A DNA stretch of 64,000 nucleotides from Escherichia phage APCEc01. Both the position numbers and the translations under genes were made by a program. The stretch lies in the sequence record NC_029091.1; one strand, written 5' to 3'. Positions 10,871 through 23,809 of this stretch are shown in pieces. The notes beneath the pieces are model-generated. The model did no database searches. It saw nothing but the letters and a program-made list of their open reading frames with translations, and was not told the origin of the DNA. Position 1 is the first letter of the stretch; each line of letters opens with the position of its first letter.

Positions 10871-10898
10871 AAAAAAGGGACCGTAAGGTCCCTTTGTT
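10871..10898. terminator. bidirectional terminator between rnlB and gene 24
   Basis: AAAGGGACC-gtaa-GGTCCCTTT hairpin with A-run and T-run flanks. Confidence 0.65.
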
Positions 10899-12182
10899 TT
10901 ATTCATCAATGATAATTTTTGGTAGCTTAACACCTAATAAAACAGACAAGTCTGAACGTCCTGCCATTTTATCCATGTCCCCGCCATCAATTATTCTCGC
11001 TTCTTTTTCGTCTTTTGCTACTGTGTAAGGATTTGCTGATAAAGCATATCTAACCAATAATCCGATAGACGGTTGCAAACTTTCCGGATCAACTACAACT
11101 TTAAATGCACCGACATGTTCCGGGTCATCTAAATCTACTCCTTCAGTGTATGGAGCATAAAAGATGGACCCTACAATTTCTTTTTCGCCGATATTTTCTA
11201 CAACACCCACAATAACATAATCTAACGGACTGTTGGTATCGCAGTAAAGAGGTAATCCATTTGCCAAGAATCCATAAGCATTTTGTGAAAGATACTTGTC
11301 ATCTTCTGGCTTATGTTTTAACCAACCAGAAGCAGCAAGAATAGCAGCTGCACGAGCTGAGGCTACACAAAACGTTGCAGTATAAGTTGTCTCTTTTTGA
11401 ATGTGTGATACCATTTCACACACCATTCGATATAATGAACGACCTGCTTCTGGAGCGGATGCATAGCTCAAGTCAATAAATCCGGTGTCAGTAATTCCAG
11501 TAACTTTATAACGTTTCGATACAGTAATTAAAGACTGAAGAATATCTTTATTAATTTCATCAGCCATTTCAGTAGCAAGCAAATCTTCTAAGAAGTTAGG
11601 GGCATCAAATCCATTCGCTTCCAAATCTTGCGCTAATTCAACCGTGAGGCCAGTTTTAAGTTTACGAGATTTGACTGAAGTTTGCCATTTATTAATCTGG
11701 AATCTTGCATCAGAAATTTCGCTACCAGAGCTTTCAAATTTGCTTGTTACCGCTGCATCTGAAAATAACCGTACCTTTAAATGAACGACTGCAATCTGAA
11801 GAGCTAATTCTAGATCACTTTCTTGAATATCTGCAAATGGTGTATCTTCTAACACTTTATAGACGATATTATTATATTTGAAAAAATCACCTTTATTTAG
11901 TGTGACTTTTGATTCTTCTGTGAGCTCAGTAATTTTTTCTCGGTCTACATATCCAACTTCGCCAGCATAAGTAGCACCGGTTTTAAATGTGAATTCGTTA
12001 TCTGGGTTAAGATATTTGATACCATAAAAAGCAGCAACAGGTTGATTAGTTCTTTGTGTTGCTACAATGTCAGAATATATTAATTTAGTCGTAGCGCGAG
12101 TCAAAGCAACGAGATTTGGGCGACCAATTGAGTTGCTAGTAGACGTTGTAGATTCACGCAATAATTTTTGGATTTTACTCAT
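10899..12182 (-). CDS. 24: gp24 head vertex protein
   Basis: 427 aa, gp23 paralogue, size equals T4 gp24. Confidence 0.9.
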   Translation of the reverse strand: MSKIQKLLRESTTSTSNSIGRPNLVALTRATTKLIYSDIVATQRTNQPVAAFYGIKYLNPDNEFTFKTGATYAGEVGYVDREKITELTEESKVTLNKGDFFKYNNIVYKVLEDTPFADIQESDLELALQIAVVHLKVRLFSDAAVTSKFESSGSEISDARFQINKWQTSVKSRKLKTGLTVELAQDLEANGFDAPNFLEDLLATEMADEINKDILQSLITVSKRYKVTGITDTGFIDLSYASAPEAGRSLYRMVCEMVSHIQKETTYTATFCVASARAAAILAASGWLKHKPEDDKYLSQNAYGFLANGLPLYCDTNSPLDYVIVGVVENIGEKEIVGSIFYAPYTEGVDLDDPEHVGAFKVVVDPESLQPSIGLLVRYALSANPYTVAKDEKEARIIDGGDMDKMAGRSDLSVLLGVKLPKIIIDE

Positions 12183-12209
12183 TGCATTTTTTCCTTATGT
12201 GATATAGAT

Positions 12210-12217
12210 TATTTATA
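12210..12217 (-). promoter_or_regulatory. late promoter TATAAATA (minus strand) for gene 24
   Basis: plus-strand TATTTATA about 30 nt upstream of gp24 start. Confidence 0.5.
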
Positions 12218-12223
12218 AAGATT

Positions 12224-12253
12224 GTTTACAACGTATTTGGTATGTGATACTAT
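12224..12253 (+). promoter_or_regulatory. T4-type early promoter (GTTTAC -35, 18 nt, TACTAT -10)
   Basis: matches T4 early promoter architecture; the -10 and leader are identical to the copy at 48560. Confidence 0.55.
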
Positions 12254-12289
12254 AGACTTATCAACTACAGAGGAGTAAACAAAATGACT
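12248..12289 (+). repeat. 42-bp promoter/leader/start cassette, identical copy at 48560-48601
   Basis: tactatagacttatcaactacagaggagtaaacaaaatgact read at both loci. Confidence 0.8.
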
Positions 12290-12553
12290 AAAGCACGTTT
12301 CTTACGAGATACTTTAAAAGTTCTGGAAGCTGAAGCAGTTAAGTTAGTAGAAAAATATGGTGCAAAAGTTAATGGTAATGCCTTCAACAAAGTATGGATG
12401 AAAGTTGATTCTGAAGCTCGAGCTAAAGGTTATTGGGCCACTGATAAACTTGCATCATTCAAAAACAAAGACGGTTCTCCGGCATATGTCCAAGAAGGTA
12501 TGCCTAATTGGCAAAATATTTTGAAAACTTACATCGAAATTGCACAGAAATAA
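12284..12553 (+). CDS. hypothetical early protein (89 aa) inserted between late genes 24 and 23
   Basis: ORF with SD GAGGAG and early promoter; opposite strand to flanking late genes. Confidence 0.6.
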   Translation: MTKARFLRDTLKVLEAEAVKLVEKYGAKVNGNAFNKVWMKVDSEARAKGYWATDKLASFKNKDGSPAYVQEGMPNWQNILKTYIEIAQK

Positions 12554-12557
12554 AACC

Positions 12558-12588
12558 AAAAATGGGAGACCGAAGTCTCCCAAAATAA
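12558..12588. terminator. bidirectional terminator between small ORF and gene 23
   Basis: GGGAGAC-cgaa-GTCTCCC hairpin flanked by A/T runs. Confidence 0.65.
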
Positions 12589-12605
12589 GATTTAATCAAT
12601 TAAGA

Positions 12606-14174
12606 TTAGATGCCTTTTACATATACACGGCGGAAGTAAGCGTTCTTACCAAGGCTGTTCAGGATAGATGGCATACCGGACTGGATGCGAGCACCTGGAG
12701 CCTGCAGGGAACTTTCAGCAAACGGGTTAACACCGATACCGTAACGAGTTTTAAAGCCCATTACCGGCTGGAAGTTCTTAGGATCGGAACCACGCAGCGG
12801 GGTAAGTGCAACGTAAGGAGCATAGTAAATACCTGCATCCATTTCGTTAGCGCCTTTGTAACCAACGGTGAAGTAATCCTGTTTAGCATACTGGTCGATG
12901 TATACGCGGTATTTACCACCAAGTACACCGGCAAATACAGACTTAGTAGTGTCGGTATTAAAACCAGAAGCCAGACCCTGTGCAGCGTAAGAAATACCAG
13001 TATCAACTGAAGCCAGTACGTTAACTACGTTACGGGAAGCGATAATGAAGTTACCTTCACCGCGACCGGTTTGACGAGCAATTTCAACTGCTTCTTTATC
13101 AATCTGGAACAACAGAGATTTAAAGCTTTCACCGGCCCAACGAGCACCACGGATATCAATCGGGTCCTGGAAGTCAAATACACCAGCTTTAGAACCCGGA
13201 GTCAGGGTCATACCAGATTTACCAACCTGTGCAGAGTAGTTAATCCAATCAACAACTTCACGGTTGATTTCTAGCATAATTTCTGTAGCCAGAATACCGC
13301 TCAATTCAGCATCAGCATCCATACCGTGTACTGCACGGAGGTCTTGTGCTAATTCGATAGAGTAAGCAGCTTTCAGCTGGCGAGATTTAGCTTCGATAAC
13401 TTGTTTATCGATACGGAAGCCCATTTCATTCCATGGGTTATCGGTAGAACCGTTGAAACCTTCCTGGAGTTCAGCGATAGAAGTAGCCATACCTTCAGCG
13501 ATTTCTACCAGTGCACCAGCTTCCATTTGTTTCTTAACTTCTGCATCTAATTTAGCTGCATCAGTTGCACCAGAATCAAGTGTTACGACAGCAGAAGCTT
13601 GCAGATATACAGTACCAGTTTCTTGGAAGAAGTGAGTATAGATATCACCTACAACAGTAGTAGTGCCAGCAGCCAGAGCTGGGAATTTCTTAGCAGCACC
13701 CTGACCAGAGAACATCGCATCTGGAGCATACATCGGATGGAAAGCTTCTTTAGCGCCAGCAGCGATAGGGTCTTTACCATATACTGCACGGAGAGCAAAT
13801 ACCTGACCGGTCGGGCTGTTCATAGGCTGAACACCACAAATATCAAAAGCGATCAGATTAGGAATAGCACGACGAACCATACCCATAACTGCCGGCCCAA
13901 TTTGGGTTACTGCACCAGAGGTTTGACCCGCTGCGATGTTCTGAGCATTATAACCATGGTCACCACCAATTTCAGCTTCGGTCAAGAAAGAACCAAATGC
14001 CTGAGCGATTTTCTCGTCTTTATATTCAGGGGATACTTCGAAATCTTTTTCCTGGTTTTCGAAGATTTTAGCGATAATAGCCTGCTTGCTGTTAGCGATT
14101 TCCGGCAGGCCTTCACCTTCCAGCAGTTCTTTCCATTTGTCTACGAGCTGAGCTTTAGTTTTGATAGTAGTCAT
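12606..14174 (-). CDS. 23: gp23 major capsid protein
   Basis: 522 aa; near identical to T4 gp23 as recalled over almost the whole length. Confidence 0.97.
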   Translation of the reverse strand: MTTIKTKAQLVDKWKELLEGEGLPEIANSKQAIIAKIFENQEKDFEVSPEYKDEKIAQAFGSFLTEAEIGGDHGYNAQNIAAGQTSGAVTQIGPAVMGMVRRAIPNLIAFDICGVQPMNSPTGQVFALRAVYGKDPIAAGAKEAFHPMYAPDAMFSGQGAAKKFPALAAGTTTVVGDIYTHFFQETGTVYLQASAVVTLDSGATDAAKLDAEVKKQMEAGALVEIAEGMATSIAELQEGFNGSTDNPWNEMGFRIDKQVIEAKSRQLKAAYSIELAQDLRAVHGMDADAELSGILATEIMLEINREVVDWINYSAQVGKSGMTLTPGSKAGVFDFQDPIDIRGARWAGESFKSLLFQIDKEAVEIARQTGRGEGNFIIASRNVVNVLASVDTGISYAAQGLASGFNTDTTKSVFAGVLGGKYRVYIDQYAKQDYFTVGYKGANEMDAGIYYAPYVALTPLRGSDPKNFQPVMGFKTRYGIGVNPFAESSLQAPGARIQSGMPSILNSLGKNAYFRRVYVKGI

Positions 14175-14191
14175 TTGTGTTAACCTTTAAA

Positions 14192-15004
14192 TTAGAAACG
14201 AGATGCGACTTTCGCATATAAACTTACATTAGAATTCTGTTCTACCTGAGTTGTGGTAGTGTCAACTGCTTCGGCAACAAAATTAAGACCGGCAGCGTCA
14301 TTGTCAACTGTATTTATACTTTCGGTAATAGCGGCTTCTTCTTTAGTAGAACCTTTAACCATTTCTACAATAGCAGTTAACTTAGTACCAAATGCGTCAG
14401 AATAATCCATACCTTCAACCAGGCCAATAACTTTTTCTTTCTGAGATTCAGTCAGGTCTTTTACGCTTTCATTAATAGCGGTTTCACGCTGAACGTAATT
14501 GATATATGCATCACGTTTGGTAACTTCTTCGAACAAACGAGCGGTTTCTTCTTTATGTTCGGCCAGCTCTTCTTCCATTTCTGCTACAACATCTACAGAT
14601 TCTTCTGGAACAACAACGTTATGTTCAACAAACAGTTCTTTCAGACCACCAAGCATGGATTCGAACAAATCAGCTTTAATGCCTTTATCAACTGCGATTT
14701 GGTTTTCTGCGAGCCATTCTTTTGCAAGATGGTCTAGGAATTTAGAAGCTTGTTCAGCCAATTTTTTATCAGCTTTCTCTTCAGCATCTTCTTTAGCCTT
14801 TTCAACTTCTTCTTCGGCCTTTTCGGCGATGGCTTTGATATGAGATTCAGCAAGTTTGACTGCTTCCTGCTTAACGGTGGCTTCGAATACAGTGCTGAAA
14901 TTAGCTTTAACGTCCGGAGACAGTTCTACTGATTCGAAAACACTATTAAGAGCAACTGAAGTCTCGATGTTCTGAGCTTCTTTCAAAAGTTGTTCTTTGA
15001 TCAT
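14192..15004 (-). CDS. 22: gp22 prohead core scaffold protein
   Basis: 270 aa, acidic coiled-coil-rich, size and position as T4 gp22. Confidence 0.85.
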   Translation of the reverse strand: MIKEQLLKEAQNIETSVALNSVFESVELSPDVKANFSTVFEATVKQEAVKLAESHIKAIAEKAEEEVEKAKEDAEEKADKKLAEQASKFLDHLAKEWLAENQIAVDKGIKADLFESMLGGLKELFVEHNVVVPEESVDVVAEMEEELAEHKEETARLFEEVTKRDAYINYVQRETAINESVKDLTESQKEKVIGLVEGMDYSDAFGTKLTAIVEMVKGSTKEEAAITESINTVDNDAAGLNFVAEAVDTTTTQVEQNSNVSLYAKVASRF

Positions 15005-15034
15005 TTTAGTGTCCTGTGGTTTAGATTACATTAT

Positions 15035-15042
15035 TATTTATA
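15035..15042 (-). promoter_or_regulatory. late promoter TATAAATA (minus strand) for gene 22
   Basis: plus-strand TATTTATA just upstream of gp22 start. Confidence 0.45.
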
Positions 15043-15679
15043 ATGCTTTTAAACTCTCTGCGAGAGCTTTAAATGCTTCGTCAGCACTGTTTTTGGTGAT
15101 TTCCACCGAATTTTCTGATTCTGATATTTGTTTAGGAGTAACCCAAGCATCTGGAGCAGAAGGTCCCCATACGGCATCTACGCCGACGGTTAATTTAAAT
15201 CCTTCGTTCACGATACGGTACCCTTTATTGGTGTCGGTTAAAGAACCAAGACCACGAGAGGAAACACCTGGAATCCAACCAGCTCGTATATTAGCAGCTA
15301 ATTTATCGCCGGGACCATGGTCGCCTTCAATAATTCTAGCACGTCCATATACATCGTTTCCTTTCCACCACATATCTTCGATAATGATAGCGGCTTGCAT
15401 AGGGTCAACATTTGCACGAGGTGGATGGTTTAATTCTCCAAGGGCTTGTTTGGTTGCGACTTGTTCTTTAATATAGTCACTTACTGCTTTTTCCAAAACG
15501 CGTTTAGGATATAAACGTTTATTTCGGTTAACAACCTCTGCCTGAAGAAAAATACCTTCTATATAAAGCCCTGGTTTTAAGCCAGAATCTTTTCCATCAT
15601 GAGATTCCAACATTGGAACGCCATCAATAATCTCACCGGGTTGACCCCAAGTTTCAATAAGTAACTCGGGTTTATTCAT
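15038..15679 (-). CDS. 21: gp21 prohead core protease
   Basis: 213 aa; [20 protein letters not shown]... matches T4 gp21 as recalled. Confidence 0.9.
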   Translation of the reverse strand: MNKPELLIETWGQPGEIIDGVPMLESHDGKDSGLKPGLYIEGIFLQAEVVNRNKRLYPKRVLEKAVSDYIKEQVATKQALGELNHPPRANVDPMQAAIIIEDMWWKGNDVYGRARIIEGDHGPGDKLAANIRAGWIPGVSSRGLGSLTDTNKGYRIVNEGFKLTVGVDAVWGPSAPDAWVTPKQISESENSVEITKNSADEAFKALAESLKAL

Positions 15680-16104
15680 TAGCTTAATCCTAATGCTTTA
15701 CGACGTTTAAGAGCCTTTTTACGCTTACGCAAGCCTTTAACTTGGCCTGAAGGGTTAGCTTTTTTAGCTTTAACGACCTTACGAGCGATTTGTCTACGTT
15801 TTGCTTTAGAAAGACCAGTGGTTTGGAACGCGTTACGTTCACGAGTTTTACGGTCTTTAGTGCGGGTGACTTCACCACGAGAAGAAACATGTTTAACGAT
15901 AAACTCATTTAACTGTTCTTCATTAATAATGGAAGCCATTGCAACAGCTAAATCCGTTTCAGTTTCAAGCATGTTCTCGATAATAGTATTTATATCGTCA
16001 ATATCGAGAGCAGAAGACAATGCATCGATTCGGCCCTGTGCTTCAGGAATAAGTGCTTCGACATTTTCGAGTACCAATTCATAAGATTCAGGGATAAGAT
16101 ACAT
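15679..16104 (-). CDS. 68: gp68 prohead core protein
   Basis: 141 aa, basic C-terminus, position between 67 and 21. Confidence 0.7.
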   Translation of the reverse strand: MYLIPESYELVLENVEALIPEAQGRIDALSSALDIDDINTIIENMLETETDLAVAMASIINEEQLNEFIVKHVSSRGEVTRTKDRKTRERNAFQTTGLSKAKRRQIARKVVKAKKANPSGQVKGLRKRKKALKRRKALGLS

Positions 16105-16343
16105 TATTCATCGTCCTCATCATCTTCGTCTTCGTCGTCATCGCCTTCATCAGCGTCGTCTTCCGAAGCTTTAGCTTTCTTTTCTTCTTCTTCAGGTTCT
16201 TCGCCTTCAATCAAAAATTGAGAAGCGATTTCTGCTTTGCGTGCTTCAATCAAACGAACCGTTTTTTCTGCCATTGCACTTTCAAAAAACTTTCGAGTAG
16301 CAACGAGGTCGTTTGATTTAATAGCTTGAATTAAATCGTCCAT
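16104..16343 (-). CDS. 67: gp67 prohead core protein
   Basis: 79 aa, highly acidic C-terminal tail, position after gene 20. Confidence 0.7.
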   Translation of the reverse strand: MDDLIQAIKSNDLVATRKFFESAMAEKTVRLIEARKAEIASQFLIEGEEPEEEEKKAKASEDDADEGDDDEDEDDEDDE

Positions 16344-17914
16344 TAAAAATCCTCTTGTTCTTGGTCGGGGTCTTGGAAACGAGCCTCTTTCGACTCTTCT
16401 TCAATTTGCTTAGCCTCTTGTTCAATTTCCTCGTCAGACATCTGAAGAATATCTTTCATAGCTGTTCTGTGAGAAATATATTTACCAATAAATGGTTCGG
16501 CCATCTGAAGCATATTAATGCGACGCTCCAGAATCTCAGCATCCTTTAATTCCGAGAAATAACTATCCCGATGAAATTTTATCTTAATATTATTTATTTC
16601 ATCATTCCACTCATCTTCTGTAATAATTCCTTTAAGAATTAAATTAGTTTTAAGCGGGTCTAGGAATATCTCTTCAAATTTATGTTGCAGCTCACGAATA
16701 AATTTACCAAATGACAATTCATCTCGTGTAATAGAAGTACCAGCATCAAACTGTATACCACCTTGGTCACTTGGAATACGGGTAATAGGAATACGTAAAG
16801 CCATATAAAGCGCATTACGGAACCAACGTACATCTTCCATATTTCCGGTATTATCTGCACCTGGTAATGTATCAACTTCTGTTACTGCTTTACCATCACG
16901 TCGTTGTAACCAATAATCTTCGGTCATCGACATAATATGCTGTTGGTTTTTAATCTTGCCTGTAGTAGCATCATATGCAATACGGTTTTTCATCGTATTC
17001 ATAACATGTTGCATATGTTCTGCTGCTTTTCTTGAAGGCATATTACCTGTATCAACGTACCATACACGACGATCGGGAGCACGAGTAATACGATAAATTA
17101 CGACAGCATCTTCAAGAAGTTTTAATTGGTTCGCTGGCTTAATAGCCCGATGCAAATAACCGATGATATTTTTACCACAACAATCAACTAAACCAGAATG
17201 GGCGTAAACAATCGCGGCTTTAGGGATTTTTATTTTTGTGCCCGCTTCATATATGCGACCATCACAAGCATAAGATTCGTGTGATGTGTCATAAATGAAA
17301 TATTCTTTATAACCCTTGACTATTTTAACACCGGCTTCAGTGGTTGTAATAACTTCACGGACATATTGAACTTGACGTGGGTCTAAACGACGAAGCTCTT
17401 TAATACCTTCTTTAGGGCGTTTAGGGTCAATAATTTTATGGAAGAAAATTCGAGAATCTACATACCAACGTCTAAAATGATCTGAACCTTTACGTTGGAA
17501 AGATAAATGATTCAACACTTCGTTAAATTCATCCAACATCATTGATTTGATATTTGGGCTAAATTTTGTGTTGTCTAAATTTATAGAAACGACTTCTGTA
17601 TCGTCTTCATACACGATAGCATCGGAAACTATTTCAGAGACTGCATTATCCACTTCATAGTTCGTCATCAAATTTCGATACGTATCGATTAATTCACGGG
17701 TTGATTTGAGCCCTGGTTCTTGACTACCGAACATTCTCTGAAACATAGCATTATATGTTTGCTGTGCTTCATTTTCAGATACTTCGTATTCTTTAGCGCC
17801 GTCGTCCAATTTTGGTGCGGTGATAGATTCTAAATTTTCTTTTTCTTGGTCTTTGTAATCACGTTCGTCCATTTTTGCCCATGGAGCAAACAAACTTAAG
17901 ATATTAAATTTCAT
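16343..17914 (-). CDS. 20: gp20 portal vertex protein
   Basis: 523 aa, size and sequence consistent with T4 gp20. Confidence 0.9.
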   Translation of the reverse strand: MKFNILSLFAPWAKMDERDYKDQEKENLESITAPKLDDGAKEYEVSENEAQQTYNAMFQRMFGSQEPGLKSTRELIDTYRNLMTNYEVDNAVSEIVSDAIVYEDDTEVVSINLDNTKFSPNIKSMMLDEFNEVLNHLSFQRKGSDHFRRWYVDSRIFFHKIIDPKRPKEGIKELRRLDPRQVQYVREVITTTEAGVKIVKGYKEYFIYDTSHESYACDGRIYEAGTKIKIPKAAIVYAHSGLVDCCGKNIIGYLHRAIKPANQLKLLEDAVVIYRITRAPDRRVWYVDTGNMPSRKAAEHMQHVMNTMKNRIAYDATTGKIKNQQHIMSMTEDYWLQRRDGKAVTEVDTLPGADNTGNMEDVRWFRNALYMALRIPITRIPSDQGGIQFDAGTSITRDELSFGKFIRELQHKFEEIFLDPLKTNLILKGIITEDEWNDEINNIKIKFHRDSYFSELKDAEILERRINMLQMAEPFIGKYISHRTAMKDILQMSDEEIEQEAKQIEEESKEARFQDPDQEQEDF

Positions 17915-17942
17915 TGTATTCTCCGAATGGGAATTATAGTTA

Positions 17943-17950
17943 TATTTATA
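17943..17950 (-). promoter_or_regulatory. late promoter TATAAATA (minus strand) for gene 20
   Basis: plus-strand TATTTATA about 30 nt upstream of gp20 start. Confidence 0.5.
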
Positions 17951-17998
17951 TGGACTTCTCCGTCATCACGGGAAGCTGGGGATTTCTCCCCAACCAGA

Positions 17999-18490
17999 TT
18001 ATTCCCACCAATCAAGAGCAAGAGTTACTTCGAACGTTTCAATCTCGTTATTGCTGTCCCAGTCAAGAGATACTTCGCCAACGTTAGTAGGCCACAAGCC
18101 GACAATTTCAACTTCTTTAGTGACCGTTTTAGCATCACGGGCAAATTGACGAACGATAGCAGACTTTTTATATTCAGCAGGTTTACCACCGGTAATTTCA
18201 TTACCTTGTCCTGCTGCAATACCTTGCCAATCAACAAATTTCTGACGAATGCTATGAGCATCATCGTTCATTACTGTAATAGTCCAATCATCGAATGTAC
18301 GATCACCGGCCACGTTAATTTTACGGTTCATATAAGAAACAGGAACCTTTTCAACAATCGCAGCAGGAAGAGCCGTAGCACGACACTGGAAGCTAAAGTT
18401 TTGCCCAAGATAAGAGATTTCTACTTCGAACAGGTTAGGGCGAGCGAAATCACCTGATTCGAAGGCACGAGTTACGTCATCTACAAACAT
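17999..18490 (-). CDS. 19: gp19 tail tube protein
   Basis: 163 aa, as T4 gp19. Confidence 0.9.
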   Translation of the reverse strand: MFVDDVTRAFESGDFARPNLFEVEISYLGQNFSFQCRATALPAAIVEKVPVSYMNRKINVAGDRTFDDWTITVMNDDAHSIRQKFVDWQGIAAGQGNEITGGKPAEYKKSAIVRQFARDAKTVTKEVEIVGLWPTNVGEVSLDWDSNNEIETFEVTLALDWWE

Positions 18491-18562
18491 ATTAGCCTCT
18501 GTAGTAATATGGGCTTAGGATTAACCTGATGCCCATAGAATTAATTTTTAAACGATATAGTA

Positions 18563-18591
18563 TATTTATATGGGCTACCGAAATAGCCCAT
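18563..18591 (-). promoter_or_regulatory. late promoter TATAAATA plus 8-bp stem hairpin between genes 18 and 19
   Basis: plus-strand TATTTATA followed by ATGGGCTA-ccgaaa-TAGCCCAT inverted repeat. Confidence 0.45.
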
Positions 18592-18602
18592 CAGGCGTCT
18601 TA

Positions 18603-20582
18603 TTAACCACCTACAGCACCAATCAGTTCGTCGAAATCGGCACCAGTTGCTGTTGCTACAAAGTTCAACGTAATATAATTTATCGAGCGGGCAGGTTGTA
18701 AGTAGAAAGTAGCTACAAATTCATTACGGTCGATAACTGCTGGGGTGTTATTGGTAGTATCACAAACAACTTTAAAGTTATATACACCACCGAGAGCTTT
18801 AATACCCTGTAGATATTGAGAAGTCTCTGTACGGAAAGAAGAACGGGTAAATGCGTTGTTCAATTCAAACAGGCGATATTTGGATGCTGAACCAATGTTC
18901 GTTTTAACCATATTGAACAAACGACGAACGTTAATACGGTCAAATGGTGAAGGAACAGAAGTGACAGTTTTATCACCGTACAGAACATACCCATCACCAC
19001 CGGTACCAGTAACAGGGTTAATAGCTTCCTGATACAAACGATCACGCTGTGGTTGACGAGTTTCAATTGCAAGCTTAATAACGTTAAGAATTTGTCCACG
19101 ATTATAACCAGCAGGAGACATCCAAGGCTGAGAAATATTGTCTGTGCGAGCACAAAGACCCGCGATATCAGCAGCTAACGGAACCCAACGATTCACATCA
19201 TTATATTTATCATATTGATATTTATAGTTACCGTCAATAGCGGCATAAGTAGAACTTACATTAAAGTTATTATCAGTGTAAGTTCCTGACGCAGTACGCC
19301 AATCAACCAGATTATCAACTGCACGATTAACAGGAATACCGACTATAGTTGCACGTGGCGGTGAGCAAAGAACCAAGCAATCTTGACGAGAATCACCAAT
19401 TGCTACAACATGTTTCTGAACTGTAGAAGCAACTTCTAAAGATTCACCTGCACAAGAACCGGCAATAAACAACTGCGCATTAACAGATTCGCGGTCAGCA
19501 AACAAATCCCAAGCTTCCATTAAATCACCAGCGTCAACCGTTTCATTAGATGATAAGCCGCCACCCAGTTTGATTACGCCAGAGAAACCTTTTGGCCAAC
19601 CTTGTGCAGTAGCGAAAATATAATTGCTTGCGCCTTTAGCAAAGAAATCATCAATAAAGATATTACTACCATAAATATCGCGTTCACCGCGTTTAGTAGA
19701 AAGAACTACACTCTGGACTACAGCATCGTTACGACGAACGATAATTGCATATTGGTCATCAGTTTGTGGGCCATACCCAAATATTGCTTTAGCAGTAGAT
19801 GCGCGAGTACCACCATCAGGATAAATTTTTAACTGGGCTGAAGCACCTTTGTCGTAGTCTGCTTTAGATACGATTTCAATTTCGAGCTGGTCACCAAGTT
19901 CACCAGGATAAAGAGCAACTACGCCTGGGACACCATATTTTTTAATAGATTCTTGGAAAGTTAGAGAAGTAATAGCTTCTTCAGAAGTTTCAACTTCAGT
20001 TAACAGAATACCCGAATCGGTTACGATAGAACCAATTGTAATAACGCCAGAAAGTCCAGAAGAACTGGCAACTTCGGCGGTCCAGTTAGAACCCAATGCC
20101 GGATATTCATTAATTTCTTTTGCACGAGCAATAATTTTACCGGTTGGGATGTAAATGTTAAGAATTTTACCATCGACATCAACTGAAGTGACATAACCAT
20201 CTGCTTCAACAGTTTCGGTCAAATACTTAACGATAATTTTATCACCAACTGCATAGTTACTACCAGCAGCAGAAATTGTGAATTCAATATTGCCTGCTAC
20301 AGGAGATGAGTTCTTAGCAGTATCACGGTCAACTGCGCGTACAACACGAAGGTCATTACCATATTGAAGGAAGTTCATAGCAGACATGAAATAATCTGCT
20401 GTATCCGTATTAGGAGTACCAAACATATCAACTAATGCAACTTCATCAGTGATTTGTTTAATCTGGAATGCAGGTCCCCATTGGAATTTTCCAGCCAGGG
20501 CAGCAGTACCAGTGGAGTTATTAACTACAGTACTCTGTACGGTAGTTTCTTTGAGCTCAACGCCCGGAGAGAGAAGTGACAT
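18603..20582 (-). CDS. 18: gp18 contractile tail sheath protein
   Basis: 659 aa, identical size to T4 gp18. Confidence 0.9.
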   Translation of the reverse strand: MSLLSPGVELKETTVQSTVVNNSTGTAALAGKFQWGPAFQIKQITDEVALVDMFGTPNTDTADYFMSAMNFLQYGNDLRVVRAVDRDTAKNSSPVAGNIEFTISAAGSNYAVGDKIIVKYLTETVEADGYVTSVDVDGKILNIYIPTGKIIARAKEINEYPALGSNWTAEVASSSGLSGVITIGSIVTDSGILLTEVETSEEAITSLTFQESIKKYGVPGVVALYPGELGDQLEIEIVSKADYDKGASAQLKIYPDGGTRASTAKAIFGYGPQTDDQYAIIVRRNDAVVQSVVLSTKRGERDIYGSNIFIDDFFAKGASNYIFATAQGWPKGFSGVIKLGGGLSSNETVDAGDLMEAWDLFADRESVNAQLFIAGSCAGESLEVASTVQKHVVAIGDSRQDCLVLCSPPRATIVGIPVNRAVDNLVDWRTASGTYTDNNFNVSSTYAAIDGNYKYQYDKYNDVNRWVPLAADIAGLCARTDNISQPWMSPAGYNRGQILNVIKLAIETRQPQRDRLYQEAINPVTGTGGDGYVLYGDKTVTSVPSPFDRINVRRLFNMVKTNIGSASKYRLFELNNAFTRSSFRTETSQYLQGIKALGGVYNFKVVCDTTNNTPAVIDRNEFVATFYLQPARSINYITLNFVATATGADFDELIGAVGG

Positions 20583-20609
20583 TTTAATTCCTCTTAATTT
20601 GCTTTATTT

Positions 20610-22926
<2,317 letters not shown>

Positions 22927-22935
22927 ATTTACCTC

Positions 22936-23760
22936 TTATTGTTTTCTAGGACCAGGAGGGGTTGGTGGAGTCGGGATTGGAATATCATGAGTATAAGTTT
23001 GTTCAACTTCACCATTCCAATCTTGTGCTTCAACGTCTCTCGGTTTAATTTCTGTATCAACTGATTCAAAAACACTGGCGGCTGTTTGAAGGTCTCGTTC
23101 ATTAGCATGAAAATCAAGATAAGTCGTTTTAATAAGGCCTTCAGCTGCGCCTACCGGAGGATACATCCATCCATTTACTTCAAATGTTAATGACCACTCT
23201 AAACGTCGTCGAGATAAATTATCACCGTCTATTTGTTCATCCATTGCTGCTGCCATCCATACGACTTTAATATCCCTTTCAAATGGAATATCCTGCCCAT
23301 ATTGCTCAATCATAGTCGTATTAAAATGCGGCTGAAAATATGGAATAATTTGCTCAACGATTTGGAACATATCATCTTCATAACGAGTAAAGATGCTCAG
23401 TTCAAAAATCATTTTAATTGGTGATGGGTTGTATTGGTCTACAATATCCTTAGTCGATTTACTCAAAAGAGAGTTATTCAATATATTCGTTTTAAACGTT
23501 GGGTTATAAACGAAATCTACCATTTGGAGATTTATACGTGGTAGAATAGTTTCGACTTTAGCCACATCTTCTTGTGAGTTTATAGAGGTCCATTTATTAA
23601 GTTTCATCATAAAGTGCTCTTTAGATGCATACGTAATAGGAACTCTAATTAATTTATTGCCTGTAGACAATTGACGGTTAACTTGGATATTTGAAAACAA
23701 ATCGCCCATCATTGTGATATATCGCCTGAACGACGAGTTGTAAAAATAACCAAACATCAT
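22936..23760 (-). CDS. 15: gp15 tail sheath stabiliser / tail completion
   Basis: 274 aa (true start may be second Met), position and size as T4 gp15. Confidence 0.8.
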   Translation of the reverse strand: MMFGYFYNSSFRRYITMMGDLFSNIQVNRQLSTGNKLIRVPITYASKEHFMMKLNKWTSINSQEDVAKVETILPRINLQMVDFVYNPTFKTNILNNSLLSKSTKDIVDQYNPSPIKMIFELSIFTRYEDDMFQIVEQIIPYFQPHFNTTMIEQYGQDIPFERDIKVVWMAAAMDEQIDGDNLSRRRLEWSLTFEVNGWMYPPVGAAEGLIKTTYLDFHANERDLQTAASVFESVDTEIKPRDVEAQDWNGEVEQTYTHDIPIPTPPTPPGPRKQ

Positions 23761-23809
23761 TTCTCCTAACCGGCCTTTCGACCGGTGTTTGCTTTATCTT
23801 ATCTATTTA

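Noticed and set aside
12540-14183. Plus-strand ORFs of 156 and 194 aa inside gene 23
   Set aside because: Antisense shadow ORFs of the highly conserved major capsid gene; similar shadows occur in genes 21, 22 and 19 (14499-15476, 17927-18457).
23761-23809. Hairpin ACCGG...CCGGT between genes 15 and 14 as a terminator
   Set aside because: No T-run follows on the transcribed strand and the genes are co-directional in one late operon; more likely a minor RNA structure.
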